The notes under the pieces were generated by a model. That model saw only the letters and a list, made by a program, of their open reading frames with translations. It was not told the DNA's origin and did no database searches. This document shows, piece by piece, positions 19,889-28,302 of a stretch of 51,260 nucleotides of DNA; position 1 is the first letter of the stretch; each line of letters opens with the position of its first letter. A program made the position numbers and the translations under genes. Source of the stretch: Gammaproteobacteria bacterium (GTDB lineage Bacteria; Pseudomonadota; Gammaproteobacteria; Pseudomonadales; Pseudohongiellaceae); NCBI GenBank assembly GCA_963854365.1, contig CAWKZI010000001.1, forward strand, positions 1-51,260, given 5' to 3'.

Positions 19889-20415
19889 CTAGAAAAATCC
19901 CTTAGTAAATACCTGTTATTTACTTTAATTAGTTGTAGTGTAGATTTGAAAATCACTTAAGATAATAGCTCAATTCTAGAACGAAAACAGAGTCGATCAA
20001 TTTCAATTCATCGCCTCTGCAGTTACTAAATTTCTTGTAGAAACCGGTGGAAATGGCAATAAAAAGCACAGTTCCAACTTTTCATGTACAAAGCTCTCTG
20101 TTTTGGAATGCGTCCTTTAATATTTAGGGGTTACATTTCAATGACGAAAGTCGTCGAGGCATTGAAGTCAAAACTCTAACTTCACTTCCTTAGAGGAGTA
20201 GCATAAATAACTCCGCTTGAAGGAAGAGAGCACTCTGGGACTAAACTTTAATTAGCCTCATTGCCTCTATTACTTTGTATTTTCCACTTCAAAACTCAGA
20301 ATTATTCAGTTCTTGAGCCCCAAAATTGAACAAATATACCAGCATAACTATTAGACAAATCAACCAATTAGCATTAGTCTTTCCGATTAACAAAAATAAA
20401 CCTTTGGGTAATAAA

Positions 20416-21789
20416 ATGAAGCTCCCCACAAAGCAACTATTCGCAACACTGATGGGCTCTTTAGCACTAGCTGTTTCGGCCTCAGCGACTGCTCAAGATG
20501 CGGCTCCCACGTTCTATGCAGATGCCCTACCGGTGTTTGAGAAAAATTGCGTGGCCTGCCACCAACCTGAAGGTCCAAAAGTCGGCGGAATTTCAGCGCC
20601 TATGTCCCTGCTCGACTACGATCAAGCACGAATTTGGTCTCCCATGATCAAGAATGCTCTGATCACTGGATATATGCCTCCTTGGGGTGCCCATGAACGG
20701 CATCGCGGCGAATTCAAGGATGAACGCTACATCAACCAGAAAGAATTAGATTTACTTATCGCTTGGGTTGATGGCGGCTCACTAGAAGGTGATCCGGGAG
20801 ACGTAGCTGATAAAGATGGTCTCATAGCCAGCGGCGGAGGCACTGTCCTACCCGAGTCAGGCTGGTGGATTGGCGATCCAGACTTAGTTGTTGAATTTGA
20901 ACGCCCCGTCTACGTTGAAGACAGCATTATGGACTGGCAACCAACAGTCCAATTCCCAGTTCCTGAAGGCGCACATTCTGAACCAAAGTGGATTGCTAAA
21001 GCCGAATTAGCGCCGGGCGGATCGTGGGTACATCATATAGTTTCAAGCCACATGGGTGTAGGAGTCCCAGGACGGGGACCATTTACCTATCCTGAAGGCT
21101 GGGGAGTACTCCTGCCTGAAGACCCATTCATAACTGCCAATATTCACTACCACAAGGACCCAGGCGAAGGTACAGCCGTGACTGACCTAACCAAAGCTGG
21201 CTTTGTATTCTACGACGATGGCGACGTGATTGACCACGTAGTTGAAACTAACCTGCTTCCACACCGGGGCTGGACGATTCCTGCTGGCGATCCTAATTAC
21301 GAGGTGAACAACTCTTTTGAAGTCGAGGAAGATATCTATCTTCTCTCCATGGGCCCTCATATGCATTACCGCGGCAAAGCTATGCGTTATGAATTGGAGT
21401 ATCCAGACGGCGAGCGAGAAGTTCTTTTGTGGGTGCCAGACTACGACTTTAATTGGCAGTTCCTTTACGAATACAATGAACCAAAATTTGTTCCAGCTGG
21501 CTCCACCATGCATATGAGCTGGTGGTTCGACAATTCATCAAACAACCGTTTCAACCCAGACCCATCTAAAGATGTTGTCTACGGCCCTGAAACGACTGAT
21601 GAGATGGCCAATGCACGAATCTACTACGCACCAACCACACCTCGAGGCATAGTTGTGGGCGACGAGCTACCAGCAGATGTTTTAAAAGCTGCTCGAGATG
21701 ATGACAAGCTGCGCCGAGAAAGAGCAAATTTACTGGATCAAAGCCAAGATGATTTTTCTTGGTTAACGGAAGGTGAGAACAGCCGGTAA
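20416..21789 (+). CDS. Periplasmic fusion protein: N-terminal c-type cytochrome domain + peptidylglycine/dopamine-beta-monooxygenase-like dicopper domain
   Basis: The start at ATG 20416 gives the signal peptide MKLPTKQLFATLMGSLALAVSASATAQ. A heme motif CVACH sits in a PSCyt1-like context (FEKNCVACH...YMPPWG...LIAWVDGG). The putative Cu ligand blocks are VHHIV, NIHYH, GPHMHYRG and TDEMANARIYY. Confidence 0.7.
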   Translation: MKLPTKQLFATLMGSLALAVSASATAQDAAPTFYADALPVFEKNCVACHQPEGPKVGGISAPMSLLDYDQARIWSPMIKNALITGYMPPWGAHERHRGEFKDERYINQKELDLLIAWVDGGSLEGDPGDVADKDGLIASGGGTVLPESGWWIGDPDLVVEFERPVYVEDSIMDWQPTVQFPVPEGAHSEPKWIAKAELAPGGSWVHHIVSSHMGVGVPGRGPFTYPEGWGVLLPEDPFITANIHYHKDPGEGTAVTDLTKAGFVFYDDGDVIDHVVETNLLPHRGWTIPAGDPNYEVNNSFEVEEDIYLLSMGPHMHYRGKAMRYELEYPDGEREVLLWVPDYDFNWQFLYEYNEPKFVPAGSTMHMSWWFDNSSNNRFNPDPSKDVVYGPETTDEMANARIYYAPTTPRGIVVGDELPADVLKAARDDDKLRRERANLLDQSQDDFSWLTEGENSR

Positions 21790-21862
21790 GGAGCTCTCAA
21801 TAAAGCCAAAAGATATTAATAGAAATATCATGAGCACAACCCAATACGACGAGGAGAATTCG

Positions 21863-22846
21863 ATGAAGACAGTTAGGTCAGATCAATTGAAACCGCGCCT
21901 ACTCCTTGCGCTTCCGCTGGCTCTGCTGGCTGCTCCGTTATTTGCCCAAACTTATGTGGTTGGTAGAACAGTTGATGGCCAGCCTGATCTTCAAGGCTTG
22001 TGGACTAACGACACCATTACTCCAATCGAACGCCCTGCATCTATGGAAGGAAGAGCATTCCTCTCTGAGGATGAAATCGCTTCTATGGAAGCAGGAACTG
22101 CTGAACGCAGAGAATTTTCTGATAACAATATCGTCGTCGAAGTTGGCGGCAATATCGGTGGCTATAATCAAATTTGGATGGATTCTGGAGACACAGTACT
22201 TTCTACTGGCCAAACCTCAATGATCGTCGAACCAGCCAATGGTAGAGCCCCCATTCGAGAGGAAGCCGCCGCAAGAAGAGACTATGGTTTTGCTAACGTA
22301 GAAAATCATTATATTCACCATACTGTTTGGGATCGATGCATAACTCGCGGCGTACCAGGCTCGATGCTGCCAGCAGGCTACAACAACGCCTACCGCTTCA
22401 TCCAGACTGAAGATTCCTTCACCATTATTCACGAAATGATTCACGATGTTCGTGTAATTCCTCTTAAGAAAGACGCACACATCGATTCCAAAGTTAAACT
22501 TTGGATGGGTGATTCTGTCGCTCACTGGGAAGGCGATACTTTAGTTGTCGAAACAACTAATTATAACGATCGCGGAATGATTGCCAGCAGTGGTGCCGGT
22601 GGCAGGCTAAAAGGTATTCCAGTATCTGAAGACCTACATGTTGTTGAACGTTTCACTAGAGTGAGTGAGGGCACAATTATGTGGGAAGCTAGGGTTACTG
22701 ATCCAGAAAACTATACCCAGCCATTTACCATCACAATGCCTCTCACTCAGGATGATGAATACATTATGTATGAATATGCCTGCCATGAGGGCAACTATGC
22801 TATACCGAACATTCTTAGCGCTGGCCGAGCGAATGACGCCGATTAG
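21863..22846 (+). CDS. Exported protein of unknown family (YEYACHEGNY family, copy A)
   Basis: ATG 21863 has GAGGAG 8 nt upstream. Signal peptide LLLALPLALLAAPLFAQ. It is clearly paralogous to 35705..36742, sharing the blocks GQPDxxGxW, EMIHDxRxxP, HWxGxTLVVET, ERFTR and YEYACHEGNY. Confidence 0.6.
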   Translation: MKTVRSDQLKPRLLLALPLALLAAPLFAQTYVVGRTVDGQPDLQGLWTNDTITPIERPASMEGRAFLSEDEIASMEAGTAERREFSDNNIVVEVGGNIGGYNQIWMDSGDTVLSTGQTSMIVEPANGRAPIREEAAARRDYGFANVENHYIHHTVWDRCITRGVPGSMLPAGYNNAYRFIQTEDSFTIIHEMIHDVRVIPLKKDAHIDSKVKLWMGDSVAHWEGDTLVVETTNYNDRGMIASSGAGGRLKGIPVSEDLHVVERFTRVSEGTIMWEARVTDPENYTQPFTITMPLTQDDEYIMYEYACHEGNYAIPNILSAGRANDAD

Positions 22847-22969
22847 TTTTATTAGTCGGTAACGTTTAAGGAAGACCTTTCGTAAAAAAAACGCAACTAA
22901 ATTCGAGATAATAAGAAACGATGTAAATTGTTGCTCAATTACCTGTTCATACTATCCTTTTCAGGACTA

Positions 22970-24982
22970 CTAACCGACCGCAATCGGTGTCCACGTCTTA
23001 TGTCTCGAACTTACTTCTTCAACCGTGTGTTTACAGACTCCGGCCTTGGTGATTAGTTTGCTTTCGCAGATATCGCAACGTACACACTCTTTAAAATCGA
23101 TCACGTGTCCATGGATAGCTCCTGTAGGACAAGCATGCTCGCAGACTTTACAAACTTGGCATTGCTGCACTCGCTCTATCTTCCAAGGCGAAAGAAAGGA
23201 AGCAACGCCTAAAGCTGCGCCCAATGGGCAAGCGTAGCGGCAATAAGCCCGTTTTACGACAGTAGAAGCCAGCAAGATAACCACAAGTATCCCCCACAGA
23301 ACCGCCGAACGACTGATATAGAAAACCGTACCGAAAGGTTCAAAATACTGGAATAGACTCAGTTCACTATAGAAAATCGCCATGAGAACCAGAAAAGCCA
23401 ATACCCCATACTTTATGTAAATCGCTTTGTCATGCATCGCCTGTGGTAGTTCTTTTTGGAATCGCTTGGGTACAAAGTGTGCAATAAAGTCCTGTAAAGC
23501 ACCGAAGGGACAGAGTGAAGAACAAAATACGCGCCCCCAAAACAAGGTGGTCACTATTGTGAAAATTATAATGAGCAACAATGGCAAGTCGTTAAGAAAC
23601 ATCGATGGGCCCAATTTAATTCCGTTGGTGATATGAGAAACTGAAACGAAGCCACCATCCATCCACCCTAAATAGAACAGCGTCATAGTTAGGGCAGCCC
23701 AGCGAATAGTTGAACTCTTGCGCAGGAATGCAGTCATTACCAAAGCAAACAACACCAGTAAGGCAAAGACCTCTGCCCAAGGCGCGTTATTTATCAGGCT
23801 TGCCCATACTCCTTCCTCTCCGTAGTTCTCCGCATCATCATCAGGAATAGGCAAGAGATCAGCTGGTACCGGATTACCCTGAGCTAAAGCTAAGGGTATC
23901 GGTGGGACCGAATATTCCACTGTTTTGATGTAGTTAGAATTCGCCAAGGTATCACTAACGTTATAAAGGATATTGAACGGCTGAGAAATATCCGTCGATG
24001 GGTCCAAAACCATGGCGCCAGCAAAACGAACTCTTCCGGCTATCTTGCCATCGTCAGCAGAACCAACATAAACAAAACGACGGCGTTCAATTTGATAGAC
24101 ACTATTACCCTGCTCTATCGCCAACCTTTCCTGACGAAACGGTTGGGACGCATCGCCATCAATACCCACAAGAACCATGTTGCCATCTTTAACCCGATTA
24201 CTGGCTTCTCTGTCTGCTCGTGAATAATCATTACTACCGACTAGTAAATCTCCCAAACCATCATGCCCCATGAAAGCGAGAGACAAACGCAACTCAGTCC
24301 CATCAGATAAATCAATATCCATCTGTTTCACCATGCCGTTTTCCAACATGTCATCCCAGCTTTGTTCGGCCAGAAGCCGCAATGCTATGGCATCACTGTT
24401 AGTGGCATTCACATAGTCGGAGTCACTCAGATAGGCCTCTGCCACGCGACGCGCGGCATTTCTGACGCCTCGGGAAACAGCCCAACTAGTGATTGTGGCC
24501 CGCGAGATTCCATCAACATCCCTACCTACACGAAAGCCTTCGATAATGTTTTTTTCTTCAAACTGATTGGGGAAGCGTTCAGAATTGATAAAATCGCCGC
24601 GGATACTTTTATAGGATTCGCGATAATAGAGAACCTTGATGCCGGTGAGCATTCCGGTCAAATCTATACCTACTAAAACGTCAATTGGCGCGCTGTAGCC
24701 AACTTCTTCCGGTGGCAAGTCAGTTGTTTCAAATAAGTAACCTATCAACTCTGGCTCAGCATTATTTGGATCAGATCGAAATGCACTATATACCGGCGGT
24801 TCTCCCGCTTTCTCAGAAAAATGAGTCGCATCCGGCATGAGCTCATTCATTAGCTCAATATCCACTTCAATCAAATCAACCTGACCGTAAGCAAAGGGAA
24901 CAGCGAGAAACAAGGAGCTGAGTGAGAAAAAATAGAGAACAATTATTCGGAATCTTCGAGATAACCAACTACTGCCTGGCAT
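22970..24982 (-). CDS. NosR/NirI-family membrane protein (periplasmic FMN-binding domain, polytopic core, cytoplasmic 4Fe-4S domain)
   Basis: FMN-bind/flavinylation-type motif DVDGISRATITSW. Two membrane-flanking CX3CP motifs (FCSSLCPFG, YCRYACPLG). C-terminal ferredoxin cysteine clusters CQVCKVCEHACP and CVRCDIC. AAAGGA ribosome-binding site. Confidence 0.8.
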   Translation of the reverse strand: MPGSSWLSRRFRIIVLYFFSLSSLFLAVPFAYGQVDLIEVDIELMNELMPDATHFSEKAGEPPVYSAFRSDPNNAEPELIGYLFETTDLPPEEVGYSAPIDVLVGIDLTGMLTGIKVLYYRESYKSIRGDFINSERFPNQFEEKNIIEGFRVGRDVDGISRATITSWAVSRGVRNAARRVAEAYLSDSDYVNATNSDAIALRLLAEQSWDDMLENGMVKQMDIDLSDGTELRLSLAFMGHDGLGDLLVGSNDYSRADREASNRVKDGNMVLVGIDGDASQPFRQERLAIEQGNSVYQIERRRFVYVGSADDGKIAGRVRFAGAMVLDPSTDISQPFNILYNVSDTLANSNYIKTVEYSVPPIPLALAQGNPVPADLLPIPDDDAENYGEEGVWASLINNAPWAEVFALLVLFALVMTAFLRKSSTIRWAALTMTLFYLGWMDGGFVSVSHITNGIKLGPSMFLNDLPLLLIIIFTIVTTLFWGRVFCSSLCPFGALQDFIAHFVPKRFQKELPQAMHDKAIYIKYGVLAFLVLMAIFYSELSLFQYFEPFGTVFYISRSAVLWGILVVILLASTVVKRAYCRYACPLGAALGVASFLSPWKIERVQQCQVCKVCEHACPTGAIHGHVIDFKECVRCDICESKLITKAGVCKHTVEEVSSRHKTWTPIAVG

Positions 24983-25429
24983 TCTTATTATCCTTTTTAT
25001 TGTCCAATTCAGAACTCTTGAAGGCTTCGCTATCCATTAGCCCAGAATCACTAAATAGTTACTGGGTTGGAAAAGCCTAAGTGCTTGGTATTTAAACAAA
25101 TAAATCTGTATGAGTACATGCGAATTAGGGCCGTTAATTCAATAAATTGTGTCTTATGATAAATCATCTGTAACAGAGCAATCCCAGAGAGGCAGCCGCA
25201 GTGGTTCCAACGGCTTAACTTTCTGAGAAAATTCTGCACGAACTAGAATTCGAAGAATAACTACGACTTAAAGAGTCGAATCTCTAGCAAATTTTAGGGA
25301 TAGTTGTTAAAAAAGATTTTGGTTAATTGACAAAACATGCATCAGCATTGAGTGATACCCCTCTAGCTCGCCTAGTTGATGGAGTGGGTCAAACTTAAAA
25401 TCGGCGCAGAAAAGAGTGATCATCTTTAA

Positions 25430-25588
25430 GATGAAACGAAATCGATCTTTGAAAATTTAGAAGGCCTAATACCTGTTTGTACAGGTTGCAAAAATATTCA
25501 TGATAATGGTGGGTGATAGACTAGTTAGGAATCATAAATTAAACAGTATACAGATACCGTGTTTACTCGCGGTATTTACCCTAATTGA
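25430..25588 (+). pseudogene. Decayed C-terminal fragment of a signalling protein (ICxxCKKIRDD...FSHGICPxC-type tail)
   Basis: A single frame reads DETKSIFENLEGLIPVCTGCKNIHDNGG**TS*ES*IKQYTDTVFTRGIYPN*. Five in-frame stops interrupt it, and four of them fall where the remembered consensus has Y, W, Y and C. Confidence 0.5.
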
Positions 25589-25721
25589 AAAGCCTTACCC
25601 TGCTATAGGGCTAGGAAACAAGTCAAAATCTTCTTAGTATAGCTCGACTCCAAACCTAGACTCTCTATCCAAGACTGTTTATTCTCTTTGGCAATCACTG
25701 ACAACACCGACATCTGAACTT

Positions 25722-27509
25722 ATGACTAATGATCATCGTTTCGCCTCCATACTGAAGCTGCTTGTCGCTGCAAGTTCTGCGGTAGCTGTTAGTAGTACCC
25801 TCGCACAAATTCTAGACTATGAAACCGTTACCGATGAGCTTTTGCAAAGCCCTCCATCCGGTGACTGGTTAAGCTGGCGTGGGCAGCCCAATAGCTGGGG
25901 TTACAGCGAGTTAGATCAAATAAACACAGGCAACGTTAATGAGCTGCAATTGGTCTGGTCCTGGGCAATGGATGATACCGGTGCCGGTCAAACCGCACCC
26001 CTTATACATAATGGTGTTATGTTTCTTCCTGGTCCACGTGGTGTCATCCAGGCGCTGGATGCGTCCTCTGGCGATCTTATTTGGGAATACCGTCCGGGAA
26101 TTACGCCGATTGTTGAAGGTTCCGGCGCTGTCGCCATAGGCTCTGTGCAACTTGGTAGCGCGGCAATGCCCGCGACAGCCTATGCAGGGGTGGGTCGTGG
26201 AGTTCAAAAGAATATCGCTATCTATGGCGATATGATTTACGCCGCTACAGAAAATGCTAGCATCGTTGGAATCGACGCACGTACAGGCAGATTAGCCTGG
26301 GAGTCAGCCACTGCTGACCCTGCTCTAGGATATTTTTATACAGCAGGGCCAATTGTTGCAAATGGCGTTCTGGTTACTGGAATCACGGGTTGTGAACGTT
26401 ATAAGAACGATGTTTGTTTTATAACCGGACATAATCCAAATACTGGCGAGGAGCTGTGGCGCACGGATACCGTCGCTCGACCCGGATCTCCTGGCGGCGA
26501 CAGCTGGGGTGATCTGCCTCTGCAGTTCAGAGCCGGCTCTGACTCTTGGGTTGCTGGGAGCTACGATCCGCAAACCAATCTAGTCTTTATGGGAACATCT
26601 CAAGCAAAACCTTGGGCCAGCGCAGTGCGCGGGACTGATGGCGAAGCCCTCTACACCAACTCAACCCTTGCATTAAACCCACAAACCGGTGAAATGAAGT
26701 GGTACTACCAGCATCTTCCCGCGGAAACTCATGACATGGATGAAGTATTTGAGACAATCCTTATTGATGTTGGTGGACGTCCAAGTCTTTTCAAAATGGG
26801 CAAGCTCGGAATTCTTTGGCAGCTCGATCGCTCTACAGGCGAAATAATAAAGGCTACTGACATCGGCTATCAGACCATTGTCAACATTAACCCAACATCC
26901 GGACAAGTTAACTATCGTGATGGCATGATGCCAAGAATCGGTCAGCAAATAGATATGTGTCCCAGCACGTCTGGTTTTAAAAGCTGGCGTGCTATGTCTT
27001 ATTCACCACAAACCAGCGCCTTATATATTCCAATAGCACTTAATTGTGAATTAGCGACCTTTGGCCCAACAGAACAAGTATTGGGCGGAGGAGGTACCGG
27101 ACCCGTGCGGCGAATAAACTACCCTCACCCTGCCTCGGATGACAATTTGGGTGAAATACTGGTTTTAGATGTCCCCAGTGGTGAAGTGAAGTGGCGCTAC
27201 CGTTCACGCGCACCGATTAACAGTGCCACACTCACAACAGCCGGAGGTTTAATGTTTGCTGGTGATTGGAACAGAAACATGTTTGCGTTTAATGCAGAAA
27301 ATGGAGATATTCTCTGGCAAACAAGAGTAACAACGTCAGCACAAGGATTCCCTATTAGCTACGAAGTTGACGGCCGACAATATGTCGCTCTCCCTGCCGG
27401 CGTCGGCGGCGCAAGTTGGTCAGGTATGCTCCCAAGGGATTTAGCTCCTGAATTAAAAACACCCAGAAATGGAAACTCGATGAATGTATTTGCCCTACCT
27501 CAAAACTAA
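25722..27509 (+). CDS. Periplasmic PQQ-dependent dehydrogenase, methanol/ethanol superfamily, atypical subtype
   Basis: 595 aa with a signal peptide. Eight-bladed propeller repeats are present (e.g. ALDASSGDLIWEY, GIDARTGRLAWE, ALNPQTGEMKWYY, VLDVPSGEVKWRY, AFNAENGDILWQT). The active-site region reads THDMDEV. There is no vicinal Cys-Cys pair. Confidence 0.85.
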   Translation: MTNDHRFASILKLLVAASSAVAVSSTLAQILDYETVTDELLQSPPSGDWLSWRGQPNSWGYSELDQINTGNVNELQLVWSWAMDDTGAGQTAPLIHNGVMFLPGPRGVIQALDASSGDLIWEYRPGITPIVEGSGAVAIGSVQLGSAAMPATAYAGVGRGVQKNIAIYGDMIYAATENASIVGIDARTGRLAWESATADPALGYFYTAGPIVANGVLVTGITGCERYKNDVCFITGHNPNTGEELWRTDTVARPGSPGGDSWGDLPLQFRAGSDSWVAGSYDPQTNLVFMGTSQAKPWASAVRGTDGEALYTNSTLALNPQTGEMKWYYQHLPAETHDMDEVFETILIDVGGRPSLFKMGKLGILWQLDRSTGEIIKATDIGYQTIVNINPTSGQVNYRDGMMPRIGQQIDMCPSTSGFKSWRAMSYSPQTSALYIPIALNCELATFGPTEQVLGGGGTGPVRRINYPHPASDDNLGEILVLDVPSGEVKWRYRSRAPINSATLTTAGGLMFAGDWNRNMFAFNAENGDILWQTRVTTSAQGFPISYEVDGRQYVALPAGVGGASWSGMLPRDLAPELKTPRNGNSMNVFALPQN

Positions 27510-27948
27510 AATACAGAAAATATTCTCAATAAGGTTAGTGAAAACTGGCACTCTCCTAGCCATGGCTTTTACCATCTCGAATTTCAGCTCAGCACAGTCC
27601 ACGAGCCCAATCCACGATGGTATTTTTAGCGATGCACAAGCAGCCCGTGGCGCCGAAGCTTACAGCGCCAACTGCGCTTCTTGCCATTCTGTCGACTTAA
27701 GAGGCAATAGTAATTCTCCCAGCTTGCTTGGTCTAAGTTTCATGTTTATCTGGGAAGGAAAATCATTAGGTGATCTTTACACAAAAATGAGCACAGAAAT
27801 GCCAACTGATCGACCCGGCATTTTGACTCAAAAGGTCTATGCAGATATTCTCGCTTTCATTCTAAAATCAAACGAATTTGCCACTGGTGATAACGATCTC
27901 ACCAGTGACACTTCATTTCTGGACGAAATCCCAATAACATCCCAATAG
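27484..27948 (+). CDS. Monohaem c-type cytochrome (probable electron acceptor of the upstream dehydrogenase)
   Basis: Heme motif CASCH, a distal Met candidate in STEMPTDRPG, and a signal peptide. ATG 27484 overlaps the dehydrogenase by 26 nt. GTG 27538 with an upstream AAGG is an alternative start. Confidence 0.8.
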   Translation: MYLPYLKTKIQKIFSIRLVKTGTLLAMAFTISNFSSAQSTSPIHDGIFSDAQAARGAEAYSANCASCHSVDLRGNSNSPSLLGLSFMFIWEGKSLGDLYTKMSTEMPTDRPGILTQKVYADILAFILKSNEFATGDNDLTSDTSFLDEIPITSQ

Positions 27949-28000
27949 ATTAATAAGATTACTTATTATCCGCGAGCACATATCATTTTAAAAATCGGGC

Positions 28001-28163
28001 ATGTTGTTGACCCCGAATCAGTTTCAATCATCGAAAACGTCTGAGAGCGTTATTCTGAATATCAATGATGCCGAAATTCTTTATCTGATTGCTTATGGAT
28101 GCATCTGAAAAGCATATTAGCTGCATACATATCACGTCAAAAAATGAGACTACCGGTCCGTGA
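28001..28163 (+). pseudogene. Possible decayed LuxR/GerE-type HTH remnant
   Basis: ORF 28001..28108 ends ...VILNINDAEILYLIAYGCI*. The +1 frame from 28098 continues DASEKHISCIHITSKNETTGP*. Joined, these resemble LT.RE.EIL.LIA.G.S.KEIA..LHIS.KTV. No receiver domain lies upstream. Confidence 0.35.
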
Positions 28164-28302
28164 AACTATTGCTCCATAATTTATGGAACGATCAAGATTA
28201 AGATCAATATATACAATCCTTTACGCATTACAAAATGTCACATATTTTTGTCAATCTTTGAATCACTTGACCGCTACTTAAGTACATAATTAGCCCCTGC
28301 TC

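Noticed and set aside
20141-20179. 12-codon mini-ORF (MTKVVEALKSKL) with an upstream GGGG in the gap before the PHM-like gene, considered as a possible peptide substrate or precursor
   Set aside because: It does not end in Gly, as a PHM-type substrate would. It is very short and has no leader-core features. It is indistinguishable from chance.
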